Positions 41,828 to 52,909 of a stretch of DNA of 64,000 nt are shown here, one piece after another; position 1 is the stretch's first letter; the number at the start of each line of letters is the position of its first letter. Origin of the DNA: Pelagomonas calceolata (taxonomy: Eukaryota); contig CAKKNE010000001.1 in the NCBI GenBank assembly GCA_918797485.1, forward strand, positions 4,774,001-4,838,000, in the 5' to 3' direction. Under the pieces are notes generated by a model. That model was not told the origin of the DNA and ran no database searches. It saw only the letters and a list, made by a program, of their open reading frames with translations. The translations under genes were made by a program, and so were the position numbers.

Positions 41828-43102
41828 TCAGGAGAAGTCGTTGTCCATGGACAGGGAGTCGTCTCTATTCAATAGATGCGGCGGCTCGTCGCCGCCGTAG
41901 TCAGAACCGTCGGACGACAGCGTGTCGTACTCTAGAGGGGGTTCTTTGGAGTCGTCCGACCTCCCGCGCTTGTCGATGTGCGGCAGCGCGCGGTTCATCG
42001 GCGTGAGGTCCAATGCCGCGGAGTCGCGCCGTCGTTTCCGCTTCTCTTGGAAAAGTTTGAGCTGCGGCGCGTATCGAGGTGACGATAATCGATTCCGCTC
42101 CTCGCGCTTGAACCATGAATGCGATAAAGCTTCCTGGGCCGTGCAGCGATCGCCCGGGAACGGCCGGAGCATCCTTAGGATCAAGTCGACGGCGTCCGAC
42201 GAGACATGTCCTAGATCTCTCCCGACATCGAGGTCGGGCGCGGAGCCGAACTGCGGCGGCCGCTCCCAGGGCGGGGCTCCCGTCAATAAGATGAACAGCA
42301 CCACACCTGAACTCCAAACATCAACAGCAGGGCCGTACTTTTCTCTCCCGCAGACCTCGGGAGCCATGTAATACGGTGAACCGCACAGCGTATGCGTCTC
42401 GGCTCGTCGAAACCGCTGCGCCGTCTCATCTATGCTATCAGGACTGACAATTTCCTCTTCGCTAAATTCATCCATATCAGATAAAGTCTTCACCAACCCA
42501 AAATCTGAGAGTTTGAGCTCCCACCCTTCGCTGGACGTTAGTAGTAAGTTCTCTGGCTTGACATCACGGTGCAAGACGCCCCGTCGGTGGCAGTCGGCCA
42601 ACGCACTGAGTAATTGCCGCATCACGGTAGCAGCTTCCGCTTCACTGAATGAACCTTTGGCCACGATGCGATCGAACAATTCCCCGCCCTCGCAGCGCTC
42701 CATGACCACAAACAGCTCTGAAGGCGTTTCGAAGACCTCGCGCATCTCCACGATATGTCGATGTCGTATCTGCGACAAAACGCGGACCTCGTCCCGCAGT
42801 CGTCTAGTAGCGCGCGCCGTCCGGCAGCACTTGGGCTTGTAGATGCGCTTCACTGCTCGTTTTTCTCCACTGCTCTTATGCGTCGCGGCGAAGACTTGCG
42901 ACGACGCGCCCCTCCCTATAACCCTCTGGATATCGTACTGCTCACACAGCTGATCGGGCCAGGCCGGGCTCTGGGGCGTGCTCGCTCCGGCCGACGCTCC
43001 CAGGTCCGAGAAGCGGGCGTTCGGCAGGCCTAGAGTTAAACGGCGCGCGGGGCTGTCCTCGTCCTCCGTCGTGGGGCTCATTGCCGTTTCTATCCGCGCC
43101 AT
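41828..43102 (-). CDS. CAMK-group Ser/Thr protein kinase
   Basis: GRGASSQV, AVK, HRDVKPEN, DFG, CGSPYYMAPE, DVWSSG. Confidence 0.95.
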   Translation of the reverse strand: MARIETAMSPTTEDEDSPARRLTLGLPNARFSDLGASAGASTPQSPAWPDQLCEQYDIQRVIGRGASSQVFAATHKSSGEKRAVKRIYKPKCCRTARATRRLRDEVRVLSQIRHRHIVEMREVFETPSELFVVMERCEGGELFDRIVAKGSFSEAEAATVMRQLLSALADCHRRGVLHRDVKPENLLLTSSEGWELKLSDFGLVKTLSDMDEFSEEEIVSPDSIDETAQRFRRAETHTLCGSPYYMAPEVCGREKYGPAVDVWSSGVVLFILLTGAPPWERPPQFGSAPDLDVGRDLGHVSSDAVDLILRMLRPFPGDRCTAQEALSHSWFKREERNRLSSPRYAPQLKLFQEKRKRRRDSAALDLTPMNRALPHIDKRGRSDDSKEPPLEYDTLSSDGSDYGGDEPPHLLNRDDSLSMDNDFS

Positions 43103-43697
43103 TTTCTATGCGGGGGCTGCCCCAGCGGCGGTGCCGACGGCGCTCCGTGAGCGGGCGGTTTTGCCCCATTTCCCCGAACGTTTGCGGCAGGCGGCCGCGG
43201 TACTTTTCGAGCCGCTCCGGGGGGCGAACGAGGACGTGACGGACGGCCAAGACCACCTTTTATGTGCCACAACCAAAACCCGACCAATAAGGATTTTGGA
43301 GCAACTCGACTTATTTCACCGTTTTCACCTGCGTTCGCAATCTTCGCTGGTTCTAAGCAACAGTTCTCGTATCTGGGTCCATACGGCACGGTCGCTGTTG
43401 CTTTTTTTAGCTCGAACGGCGCTCCTGAGGGCCCATACGAGCTCGGTCCGGCACACGGGATTTCGCTGCATCGGCGGCGCCGTTGCACGACGGCTAAGCG
43501 CGCGTGGCACGGAAGCAGTCGACCGGCGCCACGGGCAGCGGCACGGCTGTCGTCGTGGGCCGCACGGCTTCGGACACAGCGCGCGCTGCTCGTCGGCGGG
43601 CGGCGACGGCCGAACACAAACGACGACGAGCGGACGACGCGCGCGCCGCCGCCGAGCGCCGTTCCGACCGCCGCGCGTCCGCGCAGGTAGCACCAAG

Positions 43698-44564
43698 ATG
43701 CAGCGTGTCGTCATCGCGCTCGCGCTCAGCGGGGCCAGCGCCTTCGTGGCGCCGGTGCCCAAGGCCGTGCAGCAGGTCCGCATGTCGGACGACGCCGAGG
43801 CCGAGGCGCCCGCCGAGGAGGCCGCGCCGGCGCCGGCGCCGGCCAAGGCCGCGGCGCCGACGCCGACGGGCGCCTTCACGCGCCAGGACCTGTACAACTA
43901 CGCGGACACGATGCCCGGCCCGGGCACGGGCGCGTGGGACCCCTTCGGGCTCGCGGACCAGTCGTGGGCCTTCGGCGAGTCGACGCCCTTCTCGAACGAG
44001 GCGACGATCGGCTTCCTGCGCCACGCCGAGATCAAGCACGGCCGCGTCGCCATGGCGGCCTTCCTCGGCTTCATCGCGCAGTCGACGGCGCTCGTGAGCG
44101 GCGAGCACACGTTCGCGCCGTACCGCGGCTACGTCGCGGGCTGCACGCCCCAGGAGCAGTGGGACAACATCCCCGTCGTGGGCAAGCTCCAGATCCTCAT
44201 CGCCATCGGCATGCTCGAGAGCTACGGCGAGGGCGCGGCGGCGGGCCCCGAGTACACGCACTACATGCGCGGCGGCCAGCCGGGCTTCTACCCCGACATC
44301 AAGGGCAAGAACAACGGCCAGATCCAGATCAACCTCTACGACCCCTTCGGCTTCGGCTTCCGCGACAAGCCGGCCGACAAGCGCGCGCGCGGCCTGCGCT
44401 CCGAGATCCTGAACGGCCGCGCGGCCATGTTCGGCATCATGGGCTTCCTCGCGGAGTCCAAGGTGCCGGGCTCGGTCCCGATCTTGTCCAAGATCCCGGG
44501 CTTCCCGCACTACGATGGGGAAGTGATGGCGCCCTTCGCGCCGGAGATCCACCTCAACTTCTAA
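43698..44564 (+). CDS. Fucoxanthin-chlorophyll a/c light-harvesting protein (LHC/FCP)
   Basis: ASA-FVAP targeting peptide; WDPFGL, RHAEIKHGRVAMAA, EILNGRAAM; near-total GC3. Confidence 0.95.
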   Translation: MQRVVIALALSGASAFVAPVPKAVQQVRMSDDAEAEAPAEEAAPAPAPAKAAAPTPTGAFTRQDLYNYADTMPGPGTGAWDPFGLADQSWAFGESTPFSNEATIGFLRHAEIKHGRVAMAAFLGFIAQSTALVSGEHTFAPYRGYVAGCTPQEQWDNIPVVGKLQILIAIGMLESYGEGAAAGPEYTHYMRGGQPGFYPDIKGKNNGQIQINLYDPFGFGFRDKPADKRARGLRSEILNGRAAMFGIMGFLAESKVPGSVPILSKIPGFPHYDGEVMAPFAPEIHLNF

Positions 44565-44734
44565 ATTGCCGACGAAAACCGGGCGGTGCTGTACGAAGGC
44601 ACGCCCTGTCAAAAAACCCGGAGGCGCGGCGGCGCCGGACTTGTAGTAGGGACGTAACGCGTCTTTAGTTTCTATTCTTCAATATCACAGGTGCTTAGGC
44701 CGTGTCGTCACAGCTAAGCTGGGCGCCGGGCTCG

Positions 44735-45124
44735 TCAGAGCGGGCGGCCGATGTACTCCTCGAAGGAGCCCTCCGAATCCACCACCGTCACGGTTGGGGA
44801 CGCGGTCTTCGGCTTGGGCTTCTTCTGGATGATGCGGTCCATGAGCTCCTGGTACTTCGGGGGCACGTCGCACTCTTCCTCGGGGTTGGCGCTGTCGCGG
44901 ACGCAGTTCTCGACGTTCACGCGCGACATGAGCGCGGCCTCTTCCATGCAGTACGCGCCATCTGCGTCGAACACCACGGTGCAATCCTCGCTCGTGTAGT
45001 CGTACGAAGGGCGGTCCGACGAGAGGCTGGACGAGAGGCGGGTCACTCGGCTCAGACGCGAGCTCGGCGAGAGATTCTGGCACTTCGTCTGCGCGAGTAG
45101 CGCGAAGCGTAGACCGAACTTCAT
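44735..45124 (-). CDS. Small hypothetical protein with Cys-containing core
   Basis: 129 aa, ATG start, high GC3, possible signal peptide. Confidence 0.55.
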   Translation of the reverse strand: MKFGLRFALLAQTKCQNLSPSSRLSRVTRLSSSLSSDRPSYDYTSEDCTVVFDADGAYCMEEAALMSRVNVENCVRDSANPEEECDVPPKYQELMDRIIQKKPKPKTASPTVTVVDSEGSFEEYIGRPL

Positions 45125-45544
45125 GGCTCCACAAGTCCTGTGATATGGCTGGTTTGGCTGCGCGCAGGCTTGGTCGCGTGCACGCCTTGTGACAATCCTG
45201 TGTCAAGCTGTTCGGCTGCAAAACTCGTCTACTGAGCCGATCGGGCGCGCGTTTTCAACTTCAACGACCTATCCAGACCTCGCAGGGACTAACCCGCGTC
45301 CTCAACTGTCGACAGGCCCGCTACGCGCTGCGTATAGGACGCTGCTGGCCCAGAGCTGAGAACAAATGGATCTGAGGCCTCCGACGCGGGGACCCCTCTA
45401 CATACCGGGCAGTGCTCGGATGAGACTCATCTAAGCCCCCTCTGACCCCCTGGACCGAGGGGCTGCCCGGGGGGCGTGGGGGCGGTCGGCGCGCCGGCCG
45501 AGCCGAACCAAGAAATCAGCACGCCATCGCCGCAAAAGAAGACT

Positions 45545-48500
45545 TTACTCCTCGGACCCCTCGGGCATGCACCGCTGGATCGGCGGCGCGGTGAGGTCGA
45601 ACTCGTGGTGCAGCGCCTCCTGCACCAAATTCAGCAGCGTGCCCTCGACGGCGCCGAAGACCATCTTCTGGAAGCTTGCGTCGCCCAGCAGCCGATGCGC
45701 CGTGCGATGCAGCCGCTCCGCCGCTTTCCTTTTAAGCAGCTTTCGGGCTTGGTAGCACCGGTATTTTTGTTGGAGGATGATCGCGTACTTGATCATCAAC
45801 GCCCCTTCGTGCGACAGGGACCACTTCCGGTACGACGCCCACTCCCTGGCTCTTTTACCGCGGTAGGCGTTCGCGAGCATCGACGCGGCCTTCCATTCTG
45901 CCGGCGCGACGCGCTTCATGCGCGCTTCGCGCCGCTCGTCCCTCACTCGGACCTTCTCAGCATAATCTCTATCGTCTAAGGCTCGGACCACGGCGTGCGA
46001 GACCTGATCACTAAGACCGTTGAAGAAGTCTTCTACTTTTGTCATATCTGTCGCATTTTCTTTGAGCATCTTCATGAAGTCCTTACTTTCCACGATAGTA
46101 GCTTTCAGGCCGATATCTAGGAACGCTTGGCGCGCGTCGCCTAATGATATACTACCATCCCTCACGTAGGGCTGCAAGTCTTCGCTCATTCTCTCCAGTA
46201 TAGTGTCATGAGGCCGTATCTCCACATAGTAGGGAACGTTGGGCTTCTCGGGCAGCATCCTGAATACCGATCTAACCTCAGGTAGGTCCAAGGTCGACCG
46301 CACGATGTCGCCCATGGTCCTCCTTAATACCTCCCTCTTGACCTTCTCGCGCTCGTCGGCGAGCTCCTCCGCCGTCAACTCTTCCTCTTCCTCATCAGAC
46401 GACGAGTCCGACGACTCGAACGGGTCGTCTTCTACGGTAGAAGCAGCTGGTATATAAGCTAGAGGCCGCGGTATGTATAAGTTGTCTATCTCGCCATTAT
46501 GAAGGTCCATGTGCTGCTGTTCACCGACAACCTCACCTCTGATTCTTAACCGCAAAAAGCAGGACGCGGCACATCCGACGACGGAACCGCCGCCCAGGAT
46601 CGACGCTTGCTCGGGGGCTTTGTCGCCGAACGTCGACATCATGGCCGCCGTCGAGGCCGAGCGAGGCGGCGCCGACGGCGGCCGGCCCGACGCGTTGGAT
46701 GAGGCGGAGTTGGGAGGTTCGGGCGGCGGCGCACCTAGTGGGGGAGGCGCTACCGCAGTACCGGAAGTAGGCATCATCGGCAGGCGGTTGCCCGGTAAGG
46801 TAGACTGCGTTAAAGATCGTTCCCTTGCCGTCGTGCACTTGAGGATGATGGATTGGTGCGACGGGTCCTTCGTGAGTGTCGCGGTCGACGGTCGCTCCTC
46901 CAGGATCGGTGACGACGGTCGCGAGCGAGGTCTTTTCTCTATGCGTACAGCTTCCTTCACGAGGACCATCAACTGCGTGTCTAGTATTTGCGGCTCGCAA
47001 TCAGCTTTCAAAGCTACTCTGCATACAGCCACACCTCCGGGGAAGATTTTGCCAGATAAGGGATACACGTCCAAAATTCCTTTTTCCACTAAGTCGTGCG
47101 CCGCCTCCCACTGGTACTCGTAGATGGGCGGCTTGTCAGTAGTCGCTTCTAAAGCTTTGGGGGCGCGGATCGTGACCATGCGGTAGACGTGGGCGCGCTG
47201 CGTGTTTCGGCCGAAGTCGACGCATTCTCTGGATAGTACAGCTGGTTGCGACGGCGCCTCGACGATCTGGTAGTCGTAGTTTATCGAAGTACTTCCTTCA
47301 GGTACTTTACCGCCCTTGTGCGGGTCCTGCTTCTCATCTCGCGGATCGTAGCCCGAGCACGTTAATATGGTATCTAACTGGACCTCCCTCATTCCTCCCT
47401 TTGTTGAATATTTGTACTTTATTGTTAATGGAGCTTCGTAGGACGACGCTTGGAGAGGTAAGAACCTCACTCGCAGGTCCGCGGAGCCAAAAGGAGGCAC
47501 ATGTCCTGTACTATTCTCCACCCGCAGCAGATCGATGCCCTCGTCGCCCCTCAATGAACTGTATTCAACTTGATACTCCAACGGCGAGTTGCCGCAATTC
47601 ACACACTCGAGGATCTGCAAAGGCGCGTGCTCCGGTCGCGTACCAACTGCGACCGGGTGTAGAGGCAATTTATGGGTCATCGGATCCTTGGGCACGACCA
47701 AGTACGGCTCTCTTGGTGCGAGAGTCCTACCTTCCAGATCCAGCCACATCTGCTTGCCCTGGCCAATTTTCAGTAGTATGGGCAACGTGTGCTTCCCGTC
47801 AAATTCGCGAGACGAAGGAACATACGCGATACGCAACGTACACGAACCACCCGGCTCCAATGAAGCCTGTCTAGGAGATATATCAAAACACTTGAGCTCG
47901 TCGATGATCTTGTTGACCATGACGACCTCTGGACTAGGCTCGCCTTCGTCCGCCCACGGCTCGAGCTCGATATCTCGCTCGTTCGGTAGGTGTACACTGA
48001 ATGAAGCTGGTAACAGCCCGGGGTTCTCGATTTGTATCAATACAACTTGCGGCGGGTTGCCTAGGGGTTCGGGCACGAACTTGCACGGGTACCTCGGGAG
48101 TAGCTGTAGGTCTGGTGAGGACTCCTGGTTGAATTTGACTTCTTTAGACGTGAGTGGTGTCAACAGCGTCTTGTTTAAGGCACTGAGTGAAAAGTGGGCC
48201 CACATCGCCGACGTGCTGCAGCCGAGCTTCGCGCCTTCCACTCTTATATCTCGCACTATTATCGTAGGGAATGAGGCAGAACCTTTCACGACACACGTCA
48301 AGGGGAGTGCGGGAGACTTCTTCGATAACTCAGCAACGGTCGCCGAGAAGGGGTCCCGGCCTCGCACTAATTCCACATCTCTAGCTTCCTCACCCAACGT
48401 CAACAAAGACGCCTGCTCCGGATCCAACGCGATTTCGTTCCCATCCTCATCCACCGCATGGACCTTGCAAGCACAGGCGAACTCGAAGTCGCCCGCGGCG

Positions 48501-51500
48501 TCGGGATGGAACGTTACTTTCACGCGCTTTCGTTGTCTAGCGGCTATGAGACCTTCCGGTTCATCAATGAGGATGCGCTCCGCTTTGCCTTCCGAGGGTA
48601 CCTTGCGCAGTTGCCTGATCGTTTGTTCCGGTTCTTCGCCGACGGCAAAAGCCCGCTTCCGCGACACGTAATCTAATGAGTATTTGATGGCGCAATCACT
48701 AGAGTTGATGATGATCAACGCTTTCGATGACGTAGTGTTCACTAGTAACGTCGGATATTCCAACACGGGCGGATCAAACGAAATAACACCTGAAGATGCG
48801 GGCGCGGTCAACCGACACACTACTTTTTGTAATATTTTGGCGGGCTCGGCGTTGCCTAGCTGCCTCGCGTCTCGTCGTTGGGAAGGCGGCGGCCCAGCTA
48901 ACGGCCTCACAGCGACGACGCACTTCGTCTTCTTCAGACCACGAGCGCCCGGCGCGAAGGTCACGGTGACGTCTTGCGACTCGTTGCCTCGCAGCACTCC
49001 AGTTTTGGGCTTCAGGGAGAAGGTCTGGGTGGCCCTATTAGGTAAGACGGCATCGAAGACGAGAGGAACCCTAGACGCGTTATGTACTGTAAATGATCTC
49101 CTCGATGCAAGTCCCACACAGGTCGGCTGGAAGGTCACGCTTCCCGCACCCGTCTCCGGGTTCGTGACCTCATCACACCCGACCATCATGGCCCGCGGGA
49201 TCTGGCCGGCGCCCCACAGGAACGGACCGTCGCACGCCTCGCCGTTGACCACTAACCGCACCCTATGTCTATAAACTCGTTCCTCCTTGGGTTCGAAGCG
49301 CGCCACCAACAACTGGAAGCCCCCGGGAGGAATCAAGCCCTGCGCCGGTCTCACCGAAAACGCCTTCACGGGGTCCTGTTCGATACTAAAAAGACAGGGC
49401 AGGTTCGACGAGTTCTTGAGTTTGAGGGACTGGTAGCCCGCGTCGCCGACGTGGATGCCGGGCCAGTGGCGCTCCCGCGGCTCCGATTGTAATGCAGGGG
49501 CGAACTGCTCGCCGCCGAACGAATGGCCGCTTGCCGCGACTTCGAGGCGCCACGGCGGGGCTAAGACGGCGTCGTTCACTAACCTAAAGGATCGTTGCGA
49601 CTTGTAGAAGACCGTGGCCTCCAGATCCACTAGTGAATACACATTCGGCTTGCGCGGGTGGAAGCGTACCGTGAAATCTAGGGAAGCGCCGGCGGCAATA
49701 TCAGCGTAATCGGGGCTCACGGAGAAGTCGGCAGCTGGTTTCTCGTTCTCGACCTCTATGAGGGGCGGCGGCGTCCACGCCACGCTTATTTTGGCTCTAG
49801 TGGTATTCGTGACCGTGATCGTACGTCTCCCAGAACTCCCGACGGTTTTCAACCCAAAGTCGACATGCGACTGGGACACCTGGACCTCCTTCAAGTCCGA
49901 GTCCGTGTACTCCTCGAACAAGTCGTGGGCGACCTGTACACTTGAACGTGTAGCTTCGCCACTACGTGTCACGGGATCCTGCGTGTTCGTGGTCAGTAGC
50001 ACGTCGTCGTGGCCCTTGGCCCCAATTCTAGCAAATAATAACCGCTCATCTGCCGTAGCACCTTGTTCCTGCAAGTCGGCGTGCATTTTTTCTAATTCAT
50101 CTGGAGAGGCTCTCCCTAAACCAGCAGCTTGTCTGTTGCGAGCCGCTTGCACGTGCGCGTGTCGGAGGGGAGCAGGTCTTTGTTCCTTCACCTCGCCGGC
50201 GGCCGAGATGTATGCTGTGCCGAGTAGATCCACGAATAGAGGTAACCGATGCTCCACAATAACAAATAATCTCTTGTAGTAGTTGATCGGTCGGTCCGGC
50301 GAAAACGTGAACTTCACGGAAACTTCTAGTTGAGCCGGGATGATACCGCGGTACTTCGAGAGCTTGAAACATCCACCTTCATCACTTATGAATTGAAAGT
50401 GTAGATCCGCGTCCGAATTATTTTGTAGAAATACCGCACGATCGCACCTCGCACCAACCTTGATCGACCCAAAATTAACCGAGGTAGAAACCCCAAACCC
50501 CTTGGCGAAGGGGTCCTCCTGCTTGTAGATCTTGACGACCGGTGCTACGCTGCTACCAGTGAGTAGTAACCGAGGTCGGTTGCCACCGGGCGTCACAAAT
50601 TCGAGATGTTCCGCGGTATACGTACCCGCACTCCTAGAATGGAACTGGATCATCACCGGGAGTTCCGACTGGGGCGGCACGATGAGTGACGTGGGATGCA
50701 CGGCGAAGACCGGTTCCCGGTCTCGTTCGACCCGTATCACCTCGACGCGAGCGTGCACCACGGATCTGTTAGAAACAACTATCTCTCTCGTGAGTTCCTC
50801 CGTGATGGGTGACCCGGCCAACACGTCGCCGAAGTCCACTCTCGTATCCGAGACCTCAATATGGACGTACTTTCCGACCGCGGAAAGCTTCATCTCCAGT
50901 ATAGGTTGGGGCTTGATCGCGTTGACGCCCTTGCCGACTTCACACGAAGCTCGCGCGACGAAGACCGACGCTTGTTGGGGGTGTAGACTACAAGTGATCT
51001 CGTGGGCCTCGCCCACATCTAGTAACCCATAGGAAGGTTCGAGCGTGAAGGGCTCGGGCACGCTCCATCTGTAGGGGCAGGGCACCTCGCCATTATTCTC
51101 GATGTAGAAGGTTCTCTCTGAAGTTTCCGCCGTGGGGCAGAGGCCCATATCTACATCCTCGGGTATGCGCGCTTGTAAGGTTGGGAGTAGTGCTCGTACG
51201 GGCACGTGGAAACCCCTGATAGGAGCATCCGAAATCACCGTACCCACGGGCAACTCCTCCAACTTAAAGTAGATCGTGTCTTCATAAATCTCCTCCTTGA
51301 TGGGCCGGAAGATGACGTCGATTTCTTGGGACATCCCTGGTGAGAGTTCAATGGTCTCCGGAAAAGCTAGCGAGAAATATCTGGTTTGAGGTAGTTTGTA
51401 CTTGAGCTTCTTCATTTTTGTCGTCACGTTTTTTACGGTGAGCTTCTGGGCATATTCACCTCCCGGGACCCACTCGCCTCCGGCAAACAGGATGCCGTCC

Positions 51501-51610
51501 TGCTCGATGACCACGCCGTTCGCATCTCGTCGCGTCGGCCCCGTACATAGTACACCAAACCGCGCGACGCGCTCCTCCTGGTCCATGAGGACCACCTCCT
51601 TGGGACCCAT
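45545..51610 (-). CDS. CFAP65: Cilia- and flagella-associated protein 65-like (ASH/PapD-like Ig repeats, C-terminal IQ-like motifs)
   Basis: About 2020 aa, apparently intronless; WVPGGEYAQKLTVKNV, LSPGMS, PINYYKRLF, repeated N...F.V.P..G domains. Confidence 0.85.
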   Translation of the reverse strand: MGPKEVVLMDQEERVARFGVLCTGPTRRDANGVVIEQDGILFAGGEWVPGGEYAQKLTVKNVTTKMKKLKYKLPQTRYFSLAFPETIELSPGMSQEIDVIFRPIKEEIYEDTIYFKLEELPVGTVISDAPIRGFHVPVRALLPTLQARIPEDVDMGLCPTAETSERTFYIENNGEVPCPYRWSVPEPFTLEPSYGLLDVGEAHEITCSLHPQQASVFVARASCEVGKGVNAIKPQPILEMKLSAVGKYVHIEVSDTRVDFGDVLAGSPITEELTREIVVSNRSVVHARVEVIRVERDREPVFAVHPTSLIVPPQSELPVMIQFHSRSAGTYTAEHLEFVTPGGNRPRLLLTGSSVAPVVKIYKQEDPFAKGFGVSTSVNFGSIKVGARCDRAVFLQNNSDADLHFQFISDEGGCFKLSKYRGIIPAQLEVSVKFTFSPDRPINYYKRLFVIVEHRLPLFVDLLGTAYISAAGEVKEQRPAPLRHAHVQAARNRQAAGLGRASPDELEKMHADLQEQGATADERLLFARIGAKGHDDVLLTTNTQDPVTRSGEATRSSVQVAHDLFEEYTDSDLKEVQVSQSHVDFGLKTVGSSGRRTITVTNTTRAKISVAWTPPPLIEVENEKPAADFSVSPDYADIAAGASLDFTVRFHPRKPNVYSLVDLEATVFYKSQRSFRLVNDAVLAPPWRLEVAASGHSFGGEQFAPALQSEPRERHWPGIHVGDAGYQSLKLKNSSNLPCLFSIEQDPVKAFSVRPAQGLIPPGGFQLLVARFEPKEERVYRHRVRLVVNGEACDGPFLWGAGQIPRAMMVGCDEVTNPETGAGSVTFQPTCVGLASRRSFTVHNASRVPLVFDAVLPNRATQTFSLKPKTGVLRGNESQDVTVTFAPGARGLKKTKCVVAVRPLAGPPPSQRRDARQLGNAEPAKILQKVVCRLTAPASSGVISFDPPVLEYPTLLVNTTSSKALIIINSSDCAIKYSLDYVSRKRAFAVGEEPEQTIRQLRKVPSEGKAERILIDEPEGLIAARQRKRVKVTFHPDAAGDFEFACACKVHAVDEDGNEIALDPEQASLLTLGEEARDVELVRGRDPFSATVAELSKKSPALPLTCVVKGSASFPTIIVRDIRVEGAKLGCSTSAMWAHFSLSALNKTLLTPLTSKEVKFNQESSPDLQLLPRYPCKFVPEPLGNPPQVVLIQIENPGLLPASFSVHLPNERDIELEPWADEGEPSPEVVMVNKIIDELKCFDISPRQASLEPGGSCTLRIAYVPSSREFDGKHTLPILLKIGQGKQMWLDLEGRTLAPREPYLVVPKDPMTHKLPLHPVAVGTRPEHAPLQILECVNCGNSPLEYQVEYSSLRGDEGIDLLRVENSTGHVPPFGSADLRVRFLPLQASSYEAPLTIKYKYSTKGGMREVQLDTILTCSGYDPRDEKQDPHKGGKVPEGSTSINYDYQIVEAPSQPAVLSRECVDFGRNTQRAHVYRMVTIRAPKALEATTDKPPIYEYQWEAAHDLVEKGILDVYPLSGKIFPGGVAVCRVALKADCEPQILDTQLMVLVKEAVRIEKRPRSRPSSPILEERPSTATLTKDPSHQSIILKCTTARERSLTQSTLPGNRLPMMPTSGTAVAPPPLGAPPPEPPNSASSNASGRPPSAPPRSASTAAMMSTFGDKAPEQASILGGGSVVGCAASCFLRLRIRGEVVGEQQHMDLHNGEIDNLYIPRPLAYIPAASTVEDDPFESSDSSSDEEEEELTAEELADEREKVKREVLRRTMGDIVRSTLDLPEVRSVFRMLPEKPNVPYYVEIRPHDTILERMSEDLQPYVRDGSISLGDARQAFLDIGLKATIVESKDFMKMLKENATDMTKVEDFFNGLSDQVSHAVVRALDDRDYAEKVRVRDERREARMKRVAPAEWKAASMLANAYRGKRAREWASYRKWSLSHEGALMIKYAIILQQKYRCYQARKLLKRKAAERLHRTAHRLLGDASFQKMVFGAVEGTLLNLVQEALHHEFDLTAPPIQRCMPEGSEE

Positions 51611-52051
51611 CGTCGCGCCTGGGCTGCTTTGGTCGAAGCCTGGGCTGCCTGGGCTTGCTTTGCCGACGCGTGCGCGCCGCTTCGACGCTTCGCCGCTGGG
51701 CGCCGGTCTCAAGTCGCCGGCGGGCAGCCTTTTCTTCGCAGCCCTGGTCCTTCCTGGCTGCGGCGGCGCCCGGCTTTGGTTTAGCGCTGTGGCTTAACTT
51801 TGCCCCTACTCTCGGATGGGGCGCGCGCCTCGACCCTCACGAGGAGTTAGCCCTCGCAGTTCATCGCTGCGAGGGGTGTTTTCTAGGGATGGTATTTTTT
51901 TTGCTAGTGCGTCTATCTAGCTGTCTAACTCGATCTTTTGCCAAAGTGCTACCTCGCTACCGCCGCATATAAGTCAGTTGCGAGGTCAACAGGACCTGTT
52001 TATACTTGCGCTTATTCGACTTATCACGCCAGCAAAGGCTCGCGGTGCAAC

Positions 52052-52798
52052 ATGGCACGCATCATGCTCCTTGCAGCCTTGCTCCCTGCAGCGCTTGGCC
52101 TCCTCGCGCCGACGAGGCATCTGTCGCGCGCGCCGCCGGCGCTGCACGCGACGAACGCCGACTGGCGTTCGAAGTGCGACAGCGACGGCGTCGTGTCGTA
52201 CTACGACTACGGCGTCCGGCTCGGCGGCGCCGCGGCGCCCGCGGCCGCGGCGCCCGCCGCGGACGGCTTCGAGGTGACGATGAGCGGCCTCAAGTTCAAG
52301 GACGAAGTTGTCGGCACCGGCGAGACCCCGGAAAAGGGCAACGTCGTGAAAGTCCAATATACCGGTTGGCTCGCGGCCTCGGACTTCAAGTTCGATTCTA
52401 GTAGAGACCGCAACATGCCCTTCTCGTTCACGATCGGCGACGGTAATGTCATTCCCGGCTGGGACGAGGGCGTTTCCACGATGAAGGTCGGCGGGCGGCG
52501 CACGTTGTTGATTCCGCCGCGCTTAGCGTACGGCGACCAGAATATCGGCGAGGGCCTCATCCCTCCCAACAGTGAACTGAAGTTCGACGTCGAGCTGATC
52601 GAAGTGAAGGCCGGCGCGCTCGCGGGTGTCACGGCGAGCCTCGAGGGTTCGGTGGGCGGTTTATTGGGCAACTTCGGCGCGAACCCGTTCACGTTCTTCG
52701 CCGTACTCTTAGTGCTCGTGACGGTGGCGCCGGCCTTCCTGCCGGACGACAACCCCTTGATGAAGGGCGGGAACCCGTTCGAGGGCATGGGGAACTAG
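52052..52798 (+). CDS. FKBP-type peptidyl-prolyl isomerase, probably plastid/thylakoid
   Basis: YTGWL, FDSSRDR, VIPGWDEGV, MKVGGRR, LAYG, IPPNSELKFDVEL; signal peptide and C-terminal TM. Confidence 0.95.
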   Translation: MARIMLLAALLPAALGLLAPTRHLSRAPPALHATNADWRSKCDSDGVVSYYDYGVRLGGAAAPAAAAPAADGFEVTMSGLKFKDEVVGTGETPEKGNVVKVQYTGWLAASDFKFDSSRDRNMPFSFTIGDGNVIPGWDEGVSTMKVGGRRTLLIPPRLAYGDQNIGEGLIPPNSELKFDVELIEVKAGALAGVTASLEGSVGGLLGNFGANPFTFFAVLLVLVTVAPAFLPDDNPLMKGGNPFEGMGN

Positions 52799-52909
52799 GA
52801 GTAGGAGCTACATGACTTGAACTTACTTCATTCAACAGGAAGGCGCGGGGTTAGACCTCGGAGAAAGTGAGGTCCCGCGTCGCAACTTGGGGGGAGGGGG
52901 AGAGCATGT

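Noticed and set aside
42978..43697. N-terminal extension of the LHC ORF, or a 5'-UTR intron ending GCGCAG at 43686
   Set aside because: The signal peptide begins at 43698; an acceptor is plausible but I could not identify a convincing donor
45240..45500. G/C-tract, hairpin-prone intergenic segment as a possible ncRNA
   Set aside because: No recognisable snRNA, snoRNA, SRP, RNase P/MRP or tRNA motifs; needs an Rfam/Infernal search
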